A DNA stretch of 64,000 bases from Candidatus Bathyarchaeota archaeon. GTDB lineage: Archaea; Thermoproteota; Bathyarchaeia; Bathyarchaeales; WUQV01. The stretch spans positions 2,566 through 66,565 of the forward strand of contig JAGGVF010000005.1 in NCBI GenBank assembly GCA_021158125.1. The letters run 5' to 3'. This document shows positions 17,977 through 27,583 of this stretch, one piece after another. Every line of letters begins with the position of its first letter. Within the stretch, counting starts at the first letter, position 1. The position numbers and the translations under genes are program-made. Under the pieces are notes generated by a model, which was not told the origin of the DNA, did no database searches, and saw only the letters and a list, made by a program, of their open reading frames with translations.

Positions 17977-18672
17977 ATGTTTGAAGTTCTCTGGATGTTC
18001 GTATACGCATTTTTAATCTGTGCATCAAGTTACATATCGTTTAAGGGCACAGTTTACTATTCTAGATTTGGATTGAAATATTATCTAGTCCTTTCTGCGA
18101 CTTCATGGATAATATCTGCAATTTTCATAGCTTGGCATCAAGGTCTATTTCCCTCAGACAACACGTATATATTGGCCGCAATCTCCACTATTGCTATAAC
18201 AGGTATAATCTTCGCATCTTCCTTTCGAGAAGACGATAAAATACGCACAATAGGCAACTTTTTGAAAACTCTTCCACTCAAGGATAGAATACTCTTAAGA
18301 TTCCCGAAAGACATAAATTTAGAATCTCTTCCGGTTTCTCCGTCGCCAAAAATTTCTGTGTGGAAGTTGACTGCGGCATTTTTAGTATTTATCTCCGCAT
18401 TCGGAAGTACCCTCTTCATGATTTTAATTTCCAGCATATTTTTGTCAGTTGAATTCGGTTTTCCGATGTTTTCAATTTTCAGCATTCTTCTATGGATAGC
18501 ATTCGTGTTAATACTAGCAGAAAAGTTCAAAACTGGAGGAACCCTCGCCTTGGTTTCATCTATTGGAGTAATGGTTCTGGGAAGCCTTTTAGGCATTATC
18601 TTTGGAATCATAGGAGTTTTAGGCGGCATATCCTCTTTAATGCGGTACAACGAAAATAAGTCGTCTAAATAA
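17977..18672 (+). CDS. Integral membrane protein, unknown function
   Basis: 231 aa with at least 6 hydrophobic helices. The antisense ORF 18138..18650 is judged spurious. Confidence 0.5.
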   Translation: MFEVLWMFVYAFLICASSYISFKGTVYYSRFGLKYYLVLSATSWIISAIFIAWHQGLFPSDNTYILAAISTIAITGIIFASSFREDDKIRTIGNFLKTLPLKDRILLRFPKDINLESLPVSPSPKISVWKLTAAFLVFISAFGSTLFMILISSIFLSVEFGFPMFSIFSILLWIAFVLILAEKFKTGGTLALVSSIGVMVLGSLLGIIFGIIGVLGGISSLMRYNENKSSK

Positions 18673-18701
18673 TACTAATTTTAAAAGGGAAAAATTATCC
18701 T

Positions 18702-19265
18702 TTAATCGTGTTTCTTTTTGTATTCTACTCTTTTCTTTGGAGATTTATATCTTAATCCTCTAACCTTTTTCCCGGCGCTTGTTAGTCCTCTGAAAACTCT
18801 TCCTTTGTGAACTCTTGCACATATCCAGTTTATGTCTTTATCAGCTTGTATAGCCGGGTGATAAGGGTCCACCATAATGACTTCAAACCATTTGTGGCGT
18901 CCGTCTTCCCAAACCCAGTAGGAGTTTAAAACTTCGAGGTTTGGAAATTTTCTGGCTGCTCTCTCTTCGGCGATTAATCTTAGGCTTTTTGCTGGTTTGT
19001 ATTTGGCTACACCCATTCTTTTAGGTCTTCTTCCAGCTCTCGGCCTAGGCTTTCTTAGGCCTCCTCTTCTTACGCGTACTCTTACAACTACGAAGCCTTG
19101 TTTCGCCTTGTATCCAAGTTTTCTAGCTCTGTCAAGTCTTGTTGGCTTTTCTATTCTAACTATTGTCGGCTGCTTTCTCCATTGGATAACTCTTTGACGC
19201 ATAATTTCCTCTACATAGGATGCGTCTGGAACTTTCCACGCATTTGCAAGATACTTATACGCCAT
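18702..19265 (-). CDS. rpl15e: Ribosomal protein eL15
   Basis: [11 protein letters not shown]...[45 protein letters not shown] at 19265 preceded by GGAGG. Confidence 0.9.
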   Translation of the reverse strand: MAYKYLANAWKVPDASYVEEIMRQRVIQWRKQPTIVRIEKPTRLDRARKLGYKAKQGFVVVRVRVRRGGLRKPRPRAGRRPKRMGVAKYKPAKSLRLIAEERAARKFPNLEVLNSYWVWEDGRHKWFEVIMVDPYHPAIQADKDINWICARVHKGRVFRGLTSAGKKVRGLRYKSPKKRVEYKKKHD

Positions 19266-19396
19266 GTTGCATTCCTCCAAAGTTTATGGTTCAACCTGAA
19301 GGTTACATCCCGCGGATTTCTCCGCCGCTTGTAGGCTATGAGAAAATAAAACTCTAATAAACCTATCGAAAAAGGGTTTGGCTGTACGCATGGAAG

Positions 19397-19965
19397 TTAA
19401 GAAGTTTTGGCAAGTTTCTTCCATTCGTAGTCCAAAATAGCGTATAGTAGTGAATCTCTCCACTTTCCTTTTGCCAACTTATGTTCTCTAAGATGCCCTT
19501 CAAGTTTCATGCCTATTTTTTCCAAAACACGGGCAGACGCCAAATTTTTAGGTCACATGTTGCAAATATTCTGTGTAAATTTAGCTTTTCAAATCCAAAT
19601 TTAAGTAATGCCCTTGCAGTTTCAGTTGCGTAGCCTTTGCCCCAGAAATTGCGATTTAAACAGTAGCCTATATATCCTTGCCGATTATCAGGGTCTGATA
19701 CGACTATTCCGCAGCCGCCTATAAGCTTATTTTCCGATTTTAAGACTATTGCAAGCGTAAAGTTTCTACGGGGTTTCTCCTTTTGATTGTTTATCGCTTG
19801 TCTAATAAAGTTGCGGGTTTCCTCCTTTGTGTTTGGTCCCCAATCCATGTAACGAACAACTTCTGGGTCTGAGGCGTACTCGTGTACGGCTCTCCAATCA
19901 TCTTCGTTAAATTCCCGCAACACAAGTCGTTTTGTTTGGATAAGTACCATAAATTCACCTTGCAA
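19397..19965 (-). pseudogene. RimJ/RimL-type GNAT N-acetyltransferase interrupted by a 1-nt frameshift
   Basis: The annotated ORF ends prematurely (…HRIFATCDLKIWRLPVFWKK*). Shifting one base at ~19551 restores the canonical GNAT C-terminus CDPKNLASARVLEKIGMKLEGHLREHKLAKGKWRDSLLYAILDYEW, ending at 19397. Confidence 0.7.
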
Positions 19966-19966
19966 A

Positions 19967-20635
19967 TTACTTTGGAATTAATTCAGCTTTTTTAACCATT
20001 AAGTAGCCTTGGTTCTCTTTCCAAACTTTTTCTGTTTCTAAAATTTGAATTTTCTTTTTGAAGTACGGTGCATCCAGTACAAGCGACTCGTATTCTCCTC
20101 CTTCTCCAACTGGAGATATTCCAAACTTCTCTTTGAGTTTTATAAGCTCTTTCACGGTTTCTGTGTCAATTTTTCGCCCAAGCCAATTTTCATTAAGGCC
20201 TAAGGCATAAACCCCAACGATTATAACTTCAAATTCGTTTTCTATGATTTCGTTTAGTATTTTTTCGGGTTTTTCATGCCATAAAGGCGCAATATGCCTT
20301 AAATTAAGTTCCTGACATATTTTATCAATCCTTGTTTTCTGGTAGGTTGAGGCTACGGCTCCTGAGACCACCCCTTCCACGTCAAGTTTGGCCAGTAGAT
20401 TTTTTAGGTCTTCAACTTCTGCTTCTTTTACTCCTGCAGTTTCAGCTTTAACAAGTGGAATTTCAGCGGCTTCTGCGAAAAAATCAACCATGTGAATGTT
20501 AGGGTAATGGAACATCCAACTGTCTTCTCGTTGAGGCACCATAGCTGCTAGGTACTTTATGCTATGTTTTCTCATTGCCTTATATAATGCCAATGCGGAA
20601 TCTTTTCCGCCGGTTACCAGCGCCGCTAATTCCAT
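19967..20635 (-). CDS. Diphthine-ammonia ligase-like N-type ATP pyrophosphatase (MJ0570/Dph6 family)
   Basis: LVTGGKDSALALYKA...SWMFHYPNI... PP-loop-type motif, about 220 aa. Confidence 0.7.
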   Translation of the reverse strand: MELAALVTGGKDSALALYKAMRKHSIKYLAAMVPQREDSWMFHYPNIHMVDFFAEAAEIPLVKAETAGVKEAEVEDLKNLLAKLDVEGVVSGAVASTYQKTRIDKICQELNLRHIAPLWHEKPEKILNEIIENEFEVIIVGVYALGLNENWLGRKIDTETVKELIKLKEKFGISPVGEGGEYESLVLDAPYFKKKIQILETEKVWKENQGYLMVKKAELIPK

Positions 20636-20653
20636 GCTTTCAGCTCTGTTAAT

Positions 20654-22015
20654 TTAAAACTTAAACTTGTTTTTAGCTTCTTTGAAGAGATTTTCAACTT
20701 TTACTCTCCAATTTTCTATTTCATTTGGGTTTTCAGGGTAGTTTCTGTAAAGTTCTCTAGCCTTCTTCATCATAGTGGATACTTCACGCAGTTTCATTAG
20801 GAATTCAAGTCTCCTTAATCCCCTGAAGATTCGCATTGTTAAGTCCGTAATGTTAAAGCGGGCTTCTTCTCCCATGCTTGCTCTAAGTAAGTCCTCTTCG
20901 GTTATCAACTTGTATTTCATTCCATAATTTATCTCGTCGTTTTTGCATGACTGGAGAAATATCCTAAAAATGTCCAACCCTGCTTGTTTAACGCCGTACC
21001 ATTTCATATAACGAACATTATACTGCCATAAACCGTCTCTGCTTGTATTCCCCTTTTCTAAGGCTTCCACAGCGGTTTCACCAGCAAGTTTTCCGCCGAC
21101 CATAGATGGTCCTATTCCGCCGCCGTGAATGGGATTAACTTGACAGGCGGCATCCCCTACAACTATTATGCCGTTTCCAACCATGGAACTAAGCGGCCGC
21201 CTAGTTGGGACAAACCATGCGCCCTTGTCGATAACAGATGAACCTTTGAATAGTTCCTTGTTTAAAACATGACTGTATAATCGTTCTTTCGGATTTGGAA
21301 AGTTACCTTTCATGGCAACTCCTAATCCAACGTTTACACGTTTATTCTTCTCTGGGAAAATCCAGACGTAGCCTCCTGGAGCTATTTCCTGATTCAAATA
21401 TATGTGACAGAAGTCTGACTCTTCAATTTCTTCGTTAAGTTCCCTTATTTCCCTATGGCAAACTTCAATTTCGTCTTTGTCAACCTTTGTGTCAACTCCA
21501 ATTTCGGGAGGCAACTTACTGCGGAGAACAGCTGAATACCCGCTTGCATCAACTACTATTTTACCAAAAATTCTTTTTTTCTCGTTTGAATCTATTTTTT
21601 TGGCTAAAACTCCCACTACAAAGTTTTTTTCAAATATTGGCTCCAAAACTTGCGTAGAATCGAGAAGGGTTGCTCCATTGTCAACTGCCGTCTTCAGCAG
21701 TCTCTGTCCGAAAAGGTGACGGTTAATTAGGTATCCATGTAGGCCTTCGCCCTTAACTGTAAATGCTGTTTGTTGATCTGGGGAGTAAACTTTGACGCCT
21801 AAAATTTTTCTTTCAAGCTCCTCTCCGCTGGGTTTTTCTAGATTTAATTCGTCAAAATGATGCTTACCTATGGCATCTCCGCAAATCTTCTTTCCAATTT
21901 CTGATGCCTTTTTTCGGTCAATTAGGCAAACTTTCAAGCCTTTTTCAGCAGACGTTTTAGCGGTCATGCATCCCGCTGTTCCAGCGCCAACTATCACAAC
22001 GTCGAACTTTTCCAT
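20654..22015 (-). CDS. Geranylgeranyl reductase family FAD-dependent oxidoreductase
   Basis: FDVVIVGAGTAGCMTAKTSAEKGLKVCLIDRK dinucleotide fold. GDAACQVNPIHGGGIG motif. Confidence 0.85.
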   Translation of the reverse strand: MEKFDVVIVGAGTAGCMTAKTSAEKGLKVCLIDRKKASEIGKKICGDAIGKHHFDELNLEKPSGEELERKILGVKVYSPDQQTAFTVKGEGLHGYLINRHLFGQRLLKTAVDNGATLLDSTQVLEPIFEKNFVVGVLAKKIDSNEKKRIFGKIVVDASGYSAVLRSKLPPEIGVDTKVDKDEIEVCHREIRELNEEIEESDFCHIYLNQEIAPGGYVWIFPEKNKRVNVGLGVAMKGNFPNPKERLYSHVLNKELFKGSSVIDKGAWFVPTRRPLSSMVGNGIIVVGDAACQVNPIHGGGIGPSMVGGKLAGETAVEALEKGNTSRDGLWQYNVRYMKWYGVKQAGLDIFRIFLQSCKNDEINYGMKYKLITEEDLLRASMGEEARFNITDLTMRIFRGLRRLEFLMKLREVSTMMKKARELYRNYPENPNEIENWRVKVENLFKEAKNKFKF

Positions 22016-22160
22016 GGAAACACCCGAACCTTTTCAAACTATAAGCAAACTCTGTTCTTAACCTTTATCCTTCTTAAAAGTTTGGCTAATTTACAAATAT
22101 TAATTGTGAGTTCACAAGATTTTTCGAGGGCCATTACTTTTAGCTCTAAAGGGAAACTTA

Positions 22161-22391
22161 GTGAAAATAGAAACCGTTGCAGCTACGATTTCCGTTATAT
22201 GCTTTGCAGTAGCAATTTATTTAGCTATTCTCTCCAGTCAAGTTTACGAAACGCAATTGAAAATGCAACTGGTAGACTGGGCCGTTTACTCTTTAATAGG
22301 TGGAATATCAGTACTATTATGCTGGCTTCTTTTCATAATAATGAAAAGGATTTTCCAAGACCGTGAAGTTGAAGAGGAAATATCATGGTAA
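22161..22391 (+). CDS. Small two-TM membrane protein (hypothetical)
   Basis: 76 aa, GTG start, two clear hydrophobic helices. Competes with the overlapping ORF 22082..22366, which has no features. Confidence 0.35.
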   Translation: MKIETVAATISVICFAVAIYLAILSSQVYETQLKMQLVDWAVYSLIGGISVLLCWLLFIIMKRIFQDREVEEEISW

Positions 22392-22406
22392 CAAATTACA
22401 TGGCTT

Positions 22407-23903
22407 CTACATCCATCTCCAACTAGACAAATTATTCTTTTCCATTAATTCTCTTCTTCCAAAATAAGTCCACTTACTTTTTCTTCGTTTGATTCTGGAA
22501 AAGGTTAAACTGCGAGCTGCCGGGTAGTAAAGTGCAAGAGCAGCTGATATTGCGGCTATCTCGCTTAATTCCTCAATTTTTTCAACTAATCCAACATAAT
22601 AGTTTCCTTCTAGAAAGTTTCGATTTTCAAGCAAACTCAAGTGGAACGGTATTGTTGTCGGAACACCCTCTATCACGTAGTTTTCTAAGGCGTATTTCAT
22701 CCGTTTAATAACTTCTTTTCGGTCTTTCCCTATGACCGCAACCTTCGCTATAAGCGGGTCATAGTAGTATGGGACTTTATAACCTTCATATAGATGCGTA
22801 TCTACTCTTATCCATTCGGCTACTGGAAGTCTATGCCTAGTTATCTTTCCTGGAGACGGAAGAAAATTCCTCTTTGGATCTTCGCAGTTAATTCTGCAGT
22901 TCATTGCCCATCCTTTTCTGGAAACAGTTTTCTGCTTTATGCCCAGTTTTTCCCTTCCAGCAATCCTAATTTGCTGCTCAACTAAGTCTATTCCAGTGAC
23001 AAGTTCTGTTATGAGATGTTCAACTTGAATTCTCTTATTTACCTCTAAAAAGTAGAATTTTCCGTCTTTTAGAAGAAACTCTATTGTTCCCGCATTGGTG
23101 TAGCCGCATGCTTTAGCAGCCTTAATTGCAACTTCTCCCATTTTTTCCCTTAGTTCTTCATTTAAGGCTGGAGATGGAGTTTCTTCAAGCAGTTTTTGAT
23201 ATCTCCTTTGTATTGAGCATTCTCTTTCCCCTAGGTGTATGATGTTTCCGTGTTCATCCGCCAAAATTTGAAATTCGACATGTCTCGGCTTCTCAAGGTA
23301 TTTCTCGATGTATATTTCGGGTTTTCCAAACGCTGTTTTAGCCTCTTCTTTTGCTATCTCAAAAATCTTCTTTAACTCTTCTTCATTTTTGGCTACTCTA
23401 AGCCCTCTTCCTCCGCCACCGTAAGTTGCCTTAACCAGAACTGGAAATCCTATTTCCTTTGCTACACATTTTGCATCCTCAAAATTCTCAACTGAATTTT
23501 CGCTTCCAGGAATAATCTCTATTCCAGCTTTTTCCATAAGCCTTCTGGCTTCCGTCTTGTTTTTGAGTTTCTCCAAAGTCTCGCTTGTTGGCCCTATGAA
23601 CTTTATTCCTTCTTTTTCGCATGCTTTTGCAAAGTCGGCTCTTTCAGCCAAGAAGCCGTAGCCTGGGTGAACTGCCTCAGCGTCGCATGCTTTTGCAACA
23701 TCTATTATCTTGTCTATTCTCAGGTAGCTTTTTTCCGGTTCCGGCGGACCAATCGGATAGGCTTCATCTGCAAGTTTCACATGTAAACAGTCTTTATCAG
23801 CTTCTGAGTAGATAACTGCCGTTTCTATTCCAAGCTTTCTACATGTCCTTATCACTCTGCAGGCGATTTCCCCTCTGTTTGCAATGAGAATTTTTTCAAA
23901 CAT
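22407..23903 (-). CDS. accC: Biotin carboxylase (ATP-grasp; acetyl/propionyl-CoA or pyruvate carboxylase subunit)
   Basis: MFEKILIANRGEIACRVIRTCRKLGI...GYGFLAE...GGGGRG...EVNKRIQVEH. No BCCP or carboxyltransferase gene is adjacent. Confidence 0.9.
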   Translation of the reverse strand: MFEKILIANRGEIACRVIRTCRKLGIETAVIYSEADKDCLHVKLADEAYPIGPPEPEKSYLRIDKIIDVAKACDAEAVHPGYGFLAERADFAKACEKEGIKFIGPTSETLEKLKNKTEARRLMEKAGIEIIPGSENSVENFEDAKCVAKEIGFPVLVKATYGGGGRGLRVAKNEEELKKIFEIAKEEAKTAFGKPEIYIEKYLEKPRHVEFQILADEHGNIIHLGERECSIQRRYQKLLEETPSPALNEELREKMGEVAIKAAKACGYTNAGTIEFLLKDGKFYFLEVNKRIQVEHLITELVTGIDLVEQQIRIAGREKLGIKQKTVSRKGWAMNCRINCEDPKRNFLPSPGKITRHRLPVAEWIRVDTHLYEGYKVPYYYDPLIAKVAVIGKDRKEVIKRMKYALENYVIEGVPTTIPFHLSLLENRNFLEGNYYVGLVEKIEELSEIAAISAALALYYPAARSLTFSRIKRRKSKWTYFGRRELMEKNNLSSWRWM

Positions 23904-24207
23904 GTCTTAATCAACAATACCTTTAACTGCCAGATTAGTTAAATAATTCCATTGCTTTTATTAAAAATTTTACAACGGTTAACATAACGCCTAACGTGGA
24001 AGCTAGACGCGTAATATTTATTAGGAAGGTTTGCTGTTTAACGTTTTTAGCTTCGTATGATAGGCCTAATCTGGAGACCCTTAATTTTCGGGGGTCGGAT
24101 GACCGGCCCGTTGGAGGAATTTCCCGGTTTGAAACGTATTTCAGAAAATGAGAAAATCTGTGATTTGTTAGGTTGGAAAGTGAACTTAAGCTGGAGGATT
24201 GTAGAGT

Positions 24208-27200
24208 TTGGCTGAAAACGAAATTACACGTAAAGATTTATTCGTGCTGTTAGAAGCCTTTTTCAGAGAGAAAGGTCTTGTCCGACAACACTTAGACTCG
24301 TATAACGACTTTGTAGAGAACGGCCTTCAACAAATAATCGATGAAATAGGCGAAATTGAAATAGAGGTTCCAGACTACCCGTATAAAATCAAACTTGGAC
24401 AGGTTTGGATTATAGACCCCCAATCTAGGATTAGCGGCCCCTACGTAACTGAAGTTGACGGAACAAAGCATGAAATCTATCCAATGGAGGCAAGGTTCAG
24501 AAACCTAACCTATGCTGTGCCGCTTGCTTTGGAAATGACCCCCGTCATTGATGGAAGGGAGCAAGATACAGAACTCGTTATGATAGGCGACCTTCCAGTC
24601 ATGCTGAAATCAAAGCTCTGCGTGCTTTCCCAAATGACACCTGAAGAATTAATTGCCCACGGGGAAGATCCAAACGACCCAGGCGGATACTTCATAATTA
24701 ACGGTTCAGAACGTGTAATGGTAGCCCTTGAGGATTTAGCTCCAAACCGAGTAATCATCGACATAGACGAGCGTGGAGCTTCCCCTGTTTATCAAGCTAA
24801 AATATTTTCGACAACAGTTGGATTTAGAGCCAGAATTGAACTTAAAATGAAGTCTGATGGGGCGCTTTACGTCAGCATGCCCGGTGTCCCAACGGAAATT
24901 CCGTTTGTCATCGTTATGAGAGCCTTAGGCCTAGAATCAGACAAGGAAATTGCAGATGCTGTTTCTCTTGATAAAACAGTTCAGAATGAACTTGAAGCTT
25001 CTTTTGAAAAGGCTGCTGGCGTAGAAACAGTAAAAGAAGCCATACTTTACATTGGGAACCGTGTTGCCCACGGTCAAGTTGAAGAATACAGAATGCAAAA
25101 GGCTGAATCAATACTTGACAGAAACTTCCTGCCGCACTTAGGCAGAACAAGAAGCAAACGTAAGGATAAAGCCCTATTCCTAGGCGAAATGGCCTGCAGA
25201 GTGATAGAACTTAAGCTTGGAAGAAGAAAACCGGATGATAAGGACCACTTCAAGAATAAACGCCTTAGACTTGCTGGCCCGCTTCTCGCCGACTTGTTCC
25301 GTGTAGCCTTCAGAAATCTATGCAGAGACATAAAGTATCAGCTTGAAAGGATGGGCGTCAAACGGCACATGATTATTAACGTTTCCGCAGCTGTTAGGCC
25401 GGGAATAATAACTGAAAGGCTACAACATGCTTTGGCTACTGGAAACTGGGGTAGGGGACGAGTTGGAATAACCCAGCTTTTAGATAGAACAAACATGATT
25501 TCAACCCTAAGTCACCTACGCCGAATACAGTCACCGCTTAGCAGAAGCCAACCGAACTTCGAGGCTAGAGACCTCCATCCCACACATTGGGGTAGACTTT
25601 GTCCAAACGAAACCCCTGAAGGGTCAAACTGCGGTTTGGTTAACAACCTTGCATTATCCGCTTTTATCTCTGTTGGAGTTAACCCAGAGAAAATTAAGCA
25701 TCTGCTTTACCGTATGGGTGTTGTGCCAATTTATGAAGCAAGCGATGCGCTTAAGCTTTCTGGAACAAAAGTTTTCGTTGACGGCTGCCTTATAGGATAT
25801 ACGACTTCTCCGCTGGAACTTGTAAACGAGTTTAGAAGTAGACGTAGAAGAAACGAAATTCCAAGCATGGTTAGCATAGCCTATTATTCAAAGCTTTATG
25901 GAGAAAGGGAGGAAATTTACGTTAACTGCGACGAGGGAAGGGTTCTACGTCCATTAATAGTTGTGGAGGACGGCAAGCCGAAGCTTAGAAAGGAACATGT
26001 AGAAAAGATTCGCTCCGGAGAGTGGAGTTGGGAAGACCTCGTAAAAAACGGCATAATCGAATACATAGACGCCGAAGAAGAAGAAAACATTTACGTAGCC
26101 CTAAGTTTCGAAGACGTCACCCCTCAACATACACATGTGGAAATAGCACCATACACCATACTGGGAATATGCGCTTCGTTAATACCGTACGCAGAACACA
26201 ACCAGTCGCCAAGAAACTCCTATGAAGCAGCAATGGCCAAACAAGCATTGGGAATTTACACCGCAAACTTCCAAAATCGAGTTGACACACGTGCCCACGT
26301 GCTGCATTACCCGCAAATCCCACTAGTTAAAACCAAACCTATGGAAATAATTGGCTACGACAAACGGCCTGGAGGCCAAAACTGCATAGTCGCAGTTCTG
26401 TCCCACGAAGGCTACAACATGGAAGACGCCCTAATATTCAACAAGGCCTCAATAGAGAGAGGCCTAGCACGTTCAACATTTTACCGAATTTACGAAGCAG
26501 AATGCCGCCAGTACCTCGGAGGCTTAAAGGACAAGTTTACCATACCTGAACCAGGCTTAAGAGGCTATAGAGGAGAACAATATTACCGGCTTCTAGAACC
26601 AGACGGAATAGTAAGTCTAGAATCGCGGGTTTCAGGCGGAGACGTCCTAATTGGAAGAACAAGTCCGCCTAGGTTCCTTGAGGAATATAAAGAATTTGAA
26701 GTTAGAGGCCCTTCGATGAGGGACACCTCAGTTGAGATGAGGCCGTCTGAAAAGGGAATAGTTGACGCTGTTTTCTTAACTGAAAACGGCGAAGGAAGCA
26801 AACTTGTTAAGGTTAGGGTTAGGGACCAAAGAATACCTGAACTCGGAGACAAATTTGCATCTAGGCATGGTCAGAAAGGCGTTATCGGAATGATTATTCC
26901 GCAGGAGGACATGCCATTCACAGAAGACGGCATAGTTCCAGACATAATAATTAACCCGCATGCAATTCCCTCAAGAATGACTATTGGGCAGTTCCTAGAG
27001 TCAATGGCTGGAAAAGTAGCTGCGTTAAGGGGTAGACCAGTCAACGGAACAGCATTTGCAAACGAAAGGCCGGAAGCCCTAAAGAAAGCCCTAATAGACT
27101 TAGGCTTCAGCTACACTGGAAGAGAAGTAATGTACAACGGTGTTACCGGAGAAAAATACGTCGTAGACGTTTTCATAGGCGTGGTCTACTATCAAAAACT

Positions 27201-27582
27201 GCACCACATGGTTGCAGACAAAATACATGCAAGGGCAAGAGGACAAGTTCAAATGTTGACTAGGCAGCCAACTGAGGGAAGAGCCCGCGGCGGAGGCCTA
27301 AGATTCGGCGAGATGGAACGCGACTGCTTGATAGGGCATGGTGCATCAATGCTTCTCATGGACAGGCTACTAGAGGAGTCAGACAAGTATCTGCTTTATG
27401 TATGTGAGAACTGCGGTTTCATAGCCTACTACGATATTAAACAACGTAAGTATGTCTGTAGAATCTGCGAAGACAAAGCCCAAATATCGCCAGTTGTGGT
27501 TTCCTACGCTTTTAAGCTTCTCTTACAAGAGTTGATGAGTTTGTGTATTGCCCCGAGATTAAAGCTTAAGGAGAAAGCCTAA
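24208..27582 (+). CDS. rpoB: DNA-directed RNA polymerase subunit B (unsplit)
   Basis: 1124 aa. GDKFASRHGQKGV, GEMERDCLIGHGA and a C-terminal zinc ribbon CENCG...CRIC. TTG start. Confidence 0.95.
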   Translation: MAENEITRKDLFVLLEAFFREKGLVRQHLDSYNDFVENGLQQIIDEIGEIEIEVPDYPYKIKLGQVWIIDPQSRISGPYVTEVDGTKHEIYPMEARFRNLTYAVPLALEMTPVIDGREQDTELVMIGDLPVMLKSKLCVLSQMTPEELIAHGEDPNDPGGYFIINGSERVMVALEDLAPNRVIIDIDERGASPVYQAKIFSTTVGFRARIELKMKSDGALYVSMPGVPTEIPFVIVMRALGLESDKEIADAVSLDKTVQNELEASFEKAAGVETVKEAILYIGNRVAHGQVEEYRMQKAESILDRNFLPHLGRTRSKRKDKALFLGEMACRVIELKLGRRKPDDKDHFKNKRLRLAGPLLADLFRVAFRNLCRDIKYQLERMGVKRHMIINVSAAVRPGIITERLQHALATGNWGRGRVGITQLLDRTNMISTLSHLRRIQSPLSRSQPNFEARDLHPTHWGRLCPNETPEGSNCGLVNNLALSAFISVGVNPEKIKHLLYRMGVVPIYEASDALKLSGTKVFVDGCLIGYTTSPLELVNEFRSRRRRNEIPSMVSIAYYSKLYGEREEIYVNCDEGRVLRPLIVVEDGKPKLRKEHVEKIRSGEWSWEDLVKNGIIEYIDAEEEENIYVALSFEDVTPQHTHVEIAPYTILGICASLIPYAEHNQSPRNSYEAAMAKQALGIYTANFQNRVDTRAHVLHYPQIPLVKTKPMEIIGYDKRPGGQNCIVAVLSHEGYNMEDALIFNKASIERGLARSTFYRIYEAECRQYLGGLKDKFTIPEPGLRGYRGEQYYRLLEPDGIVSLESRVSGGDVLIGRTSPPRFLEEYKEFEVRGPSMRDTSVEMRPSEKGIVDAVFLTENGEGSKLVKVRVRDQRIPELGDKFASRHGQKGVIGMIIPQEDMPFTEDGIVPDIIINPHAIPSRMTIGQFLESMAGKVAALRGRPVNGTAFANERPEALKKALIDLGFSYTGREVMYNGVTGEKYVVDVFIGVVYYQKLHHMVADKIHARARGQVQMLTRQPTEGRARGGGLRFGEMERDCLIGHGASMLLMDRLLEESDKYLLYVCENCGFIAYYDIKQRKYVCRICEDKAQISPVVVSYAFKLLLQELMSLCIAPRLKLKEKA

Positions 27583-27583
27583 A

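Noticed and set aside
24057-24215. 52-codon ORF (MIGLIWRPLIFGGRMTGPLEEF...) upstream of and overlapping the rpoB start, considered as a possible rpoH
   Set aside because: It has no resemblance to RpoH/Rpb5 C-domain motifs and is too short. It is more likely non-coding leader sequence.
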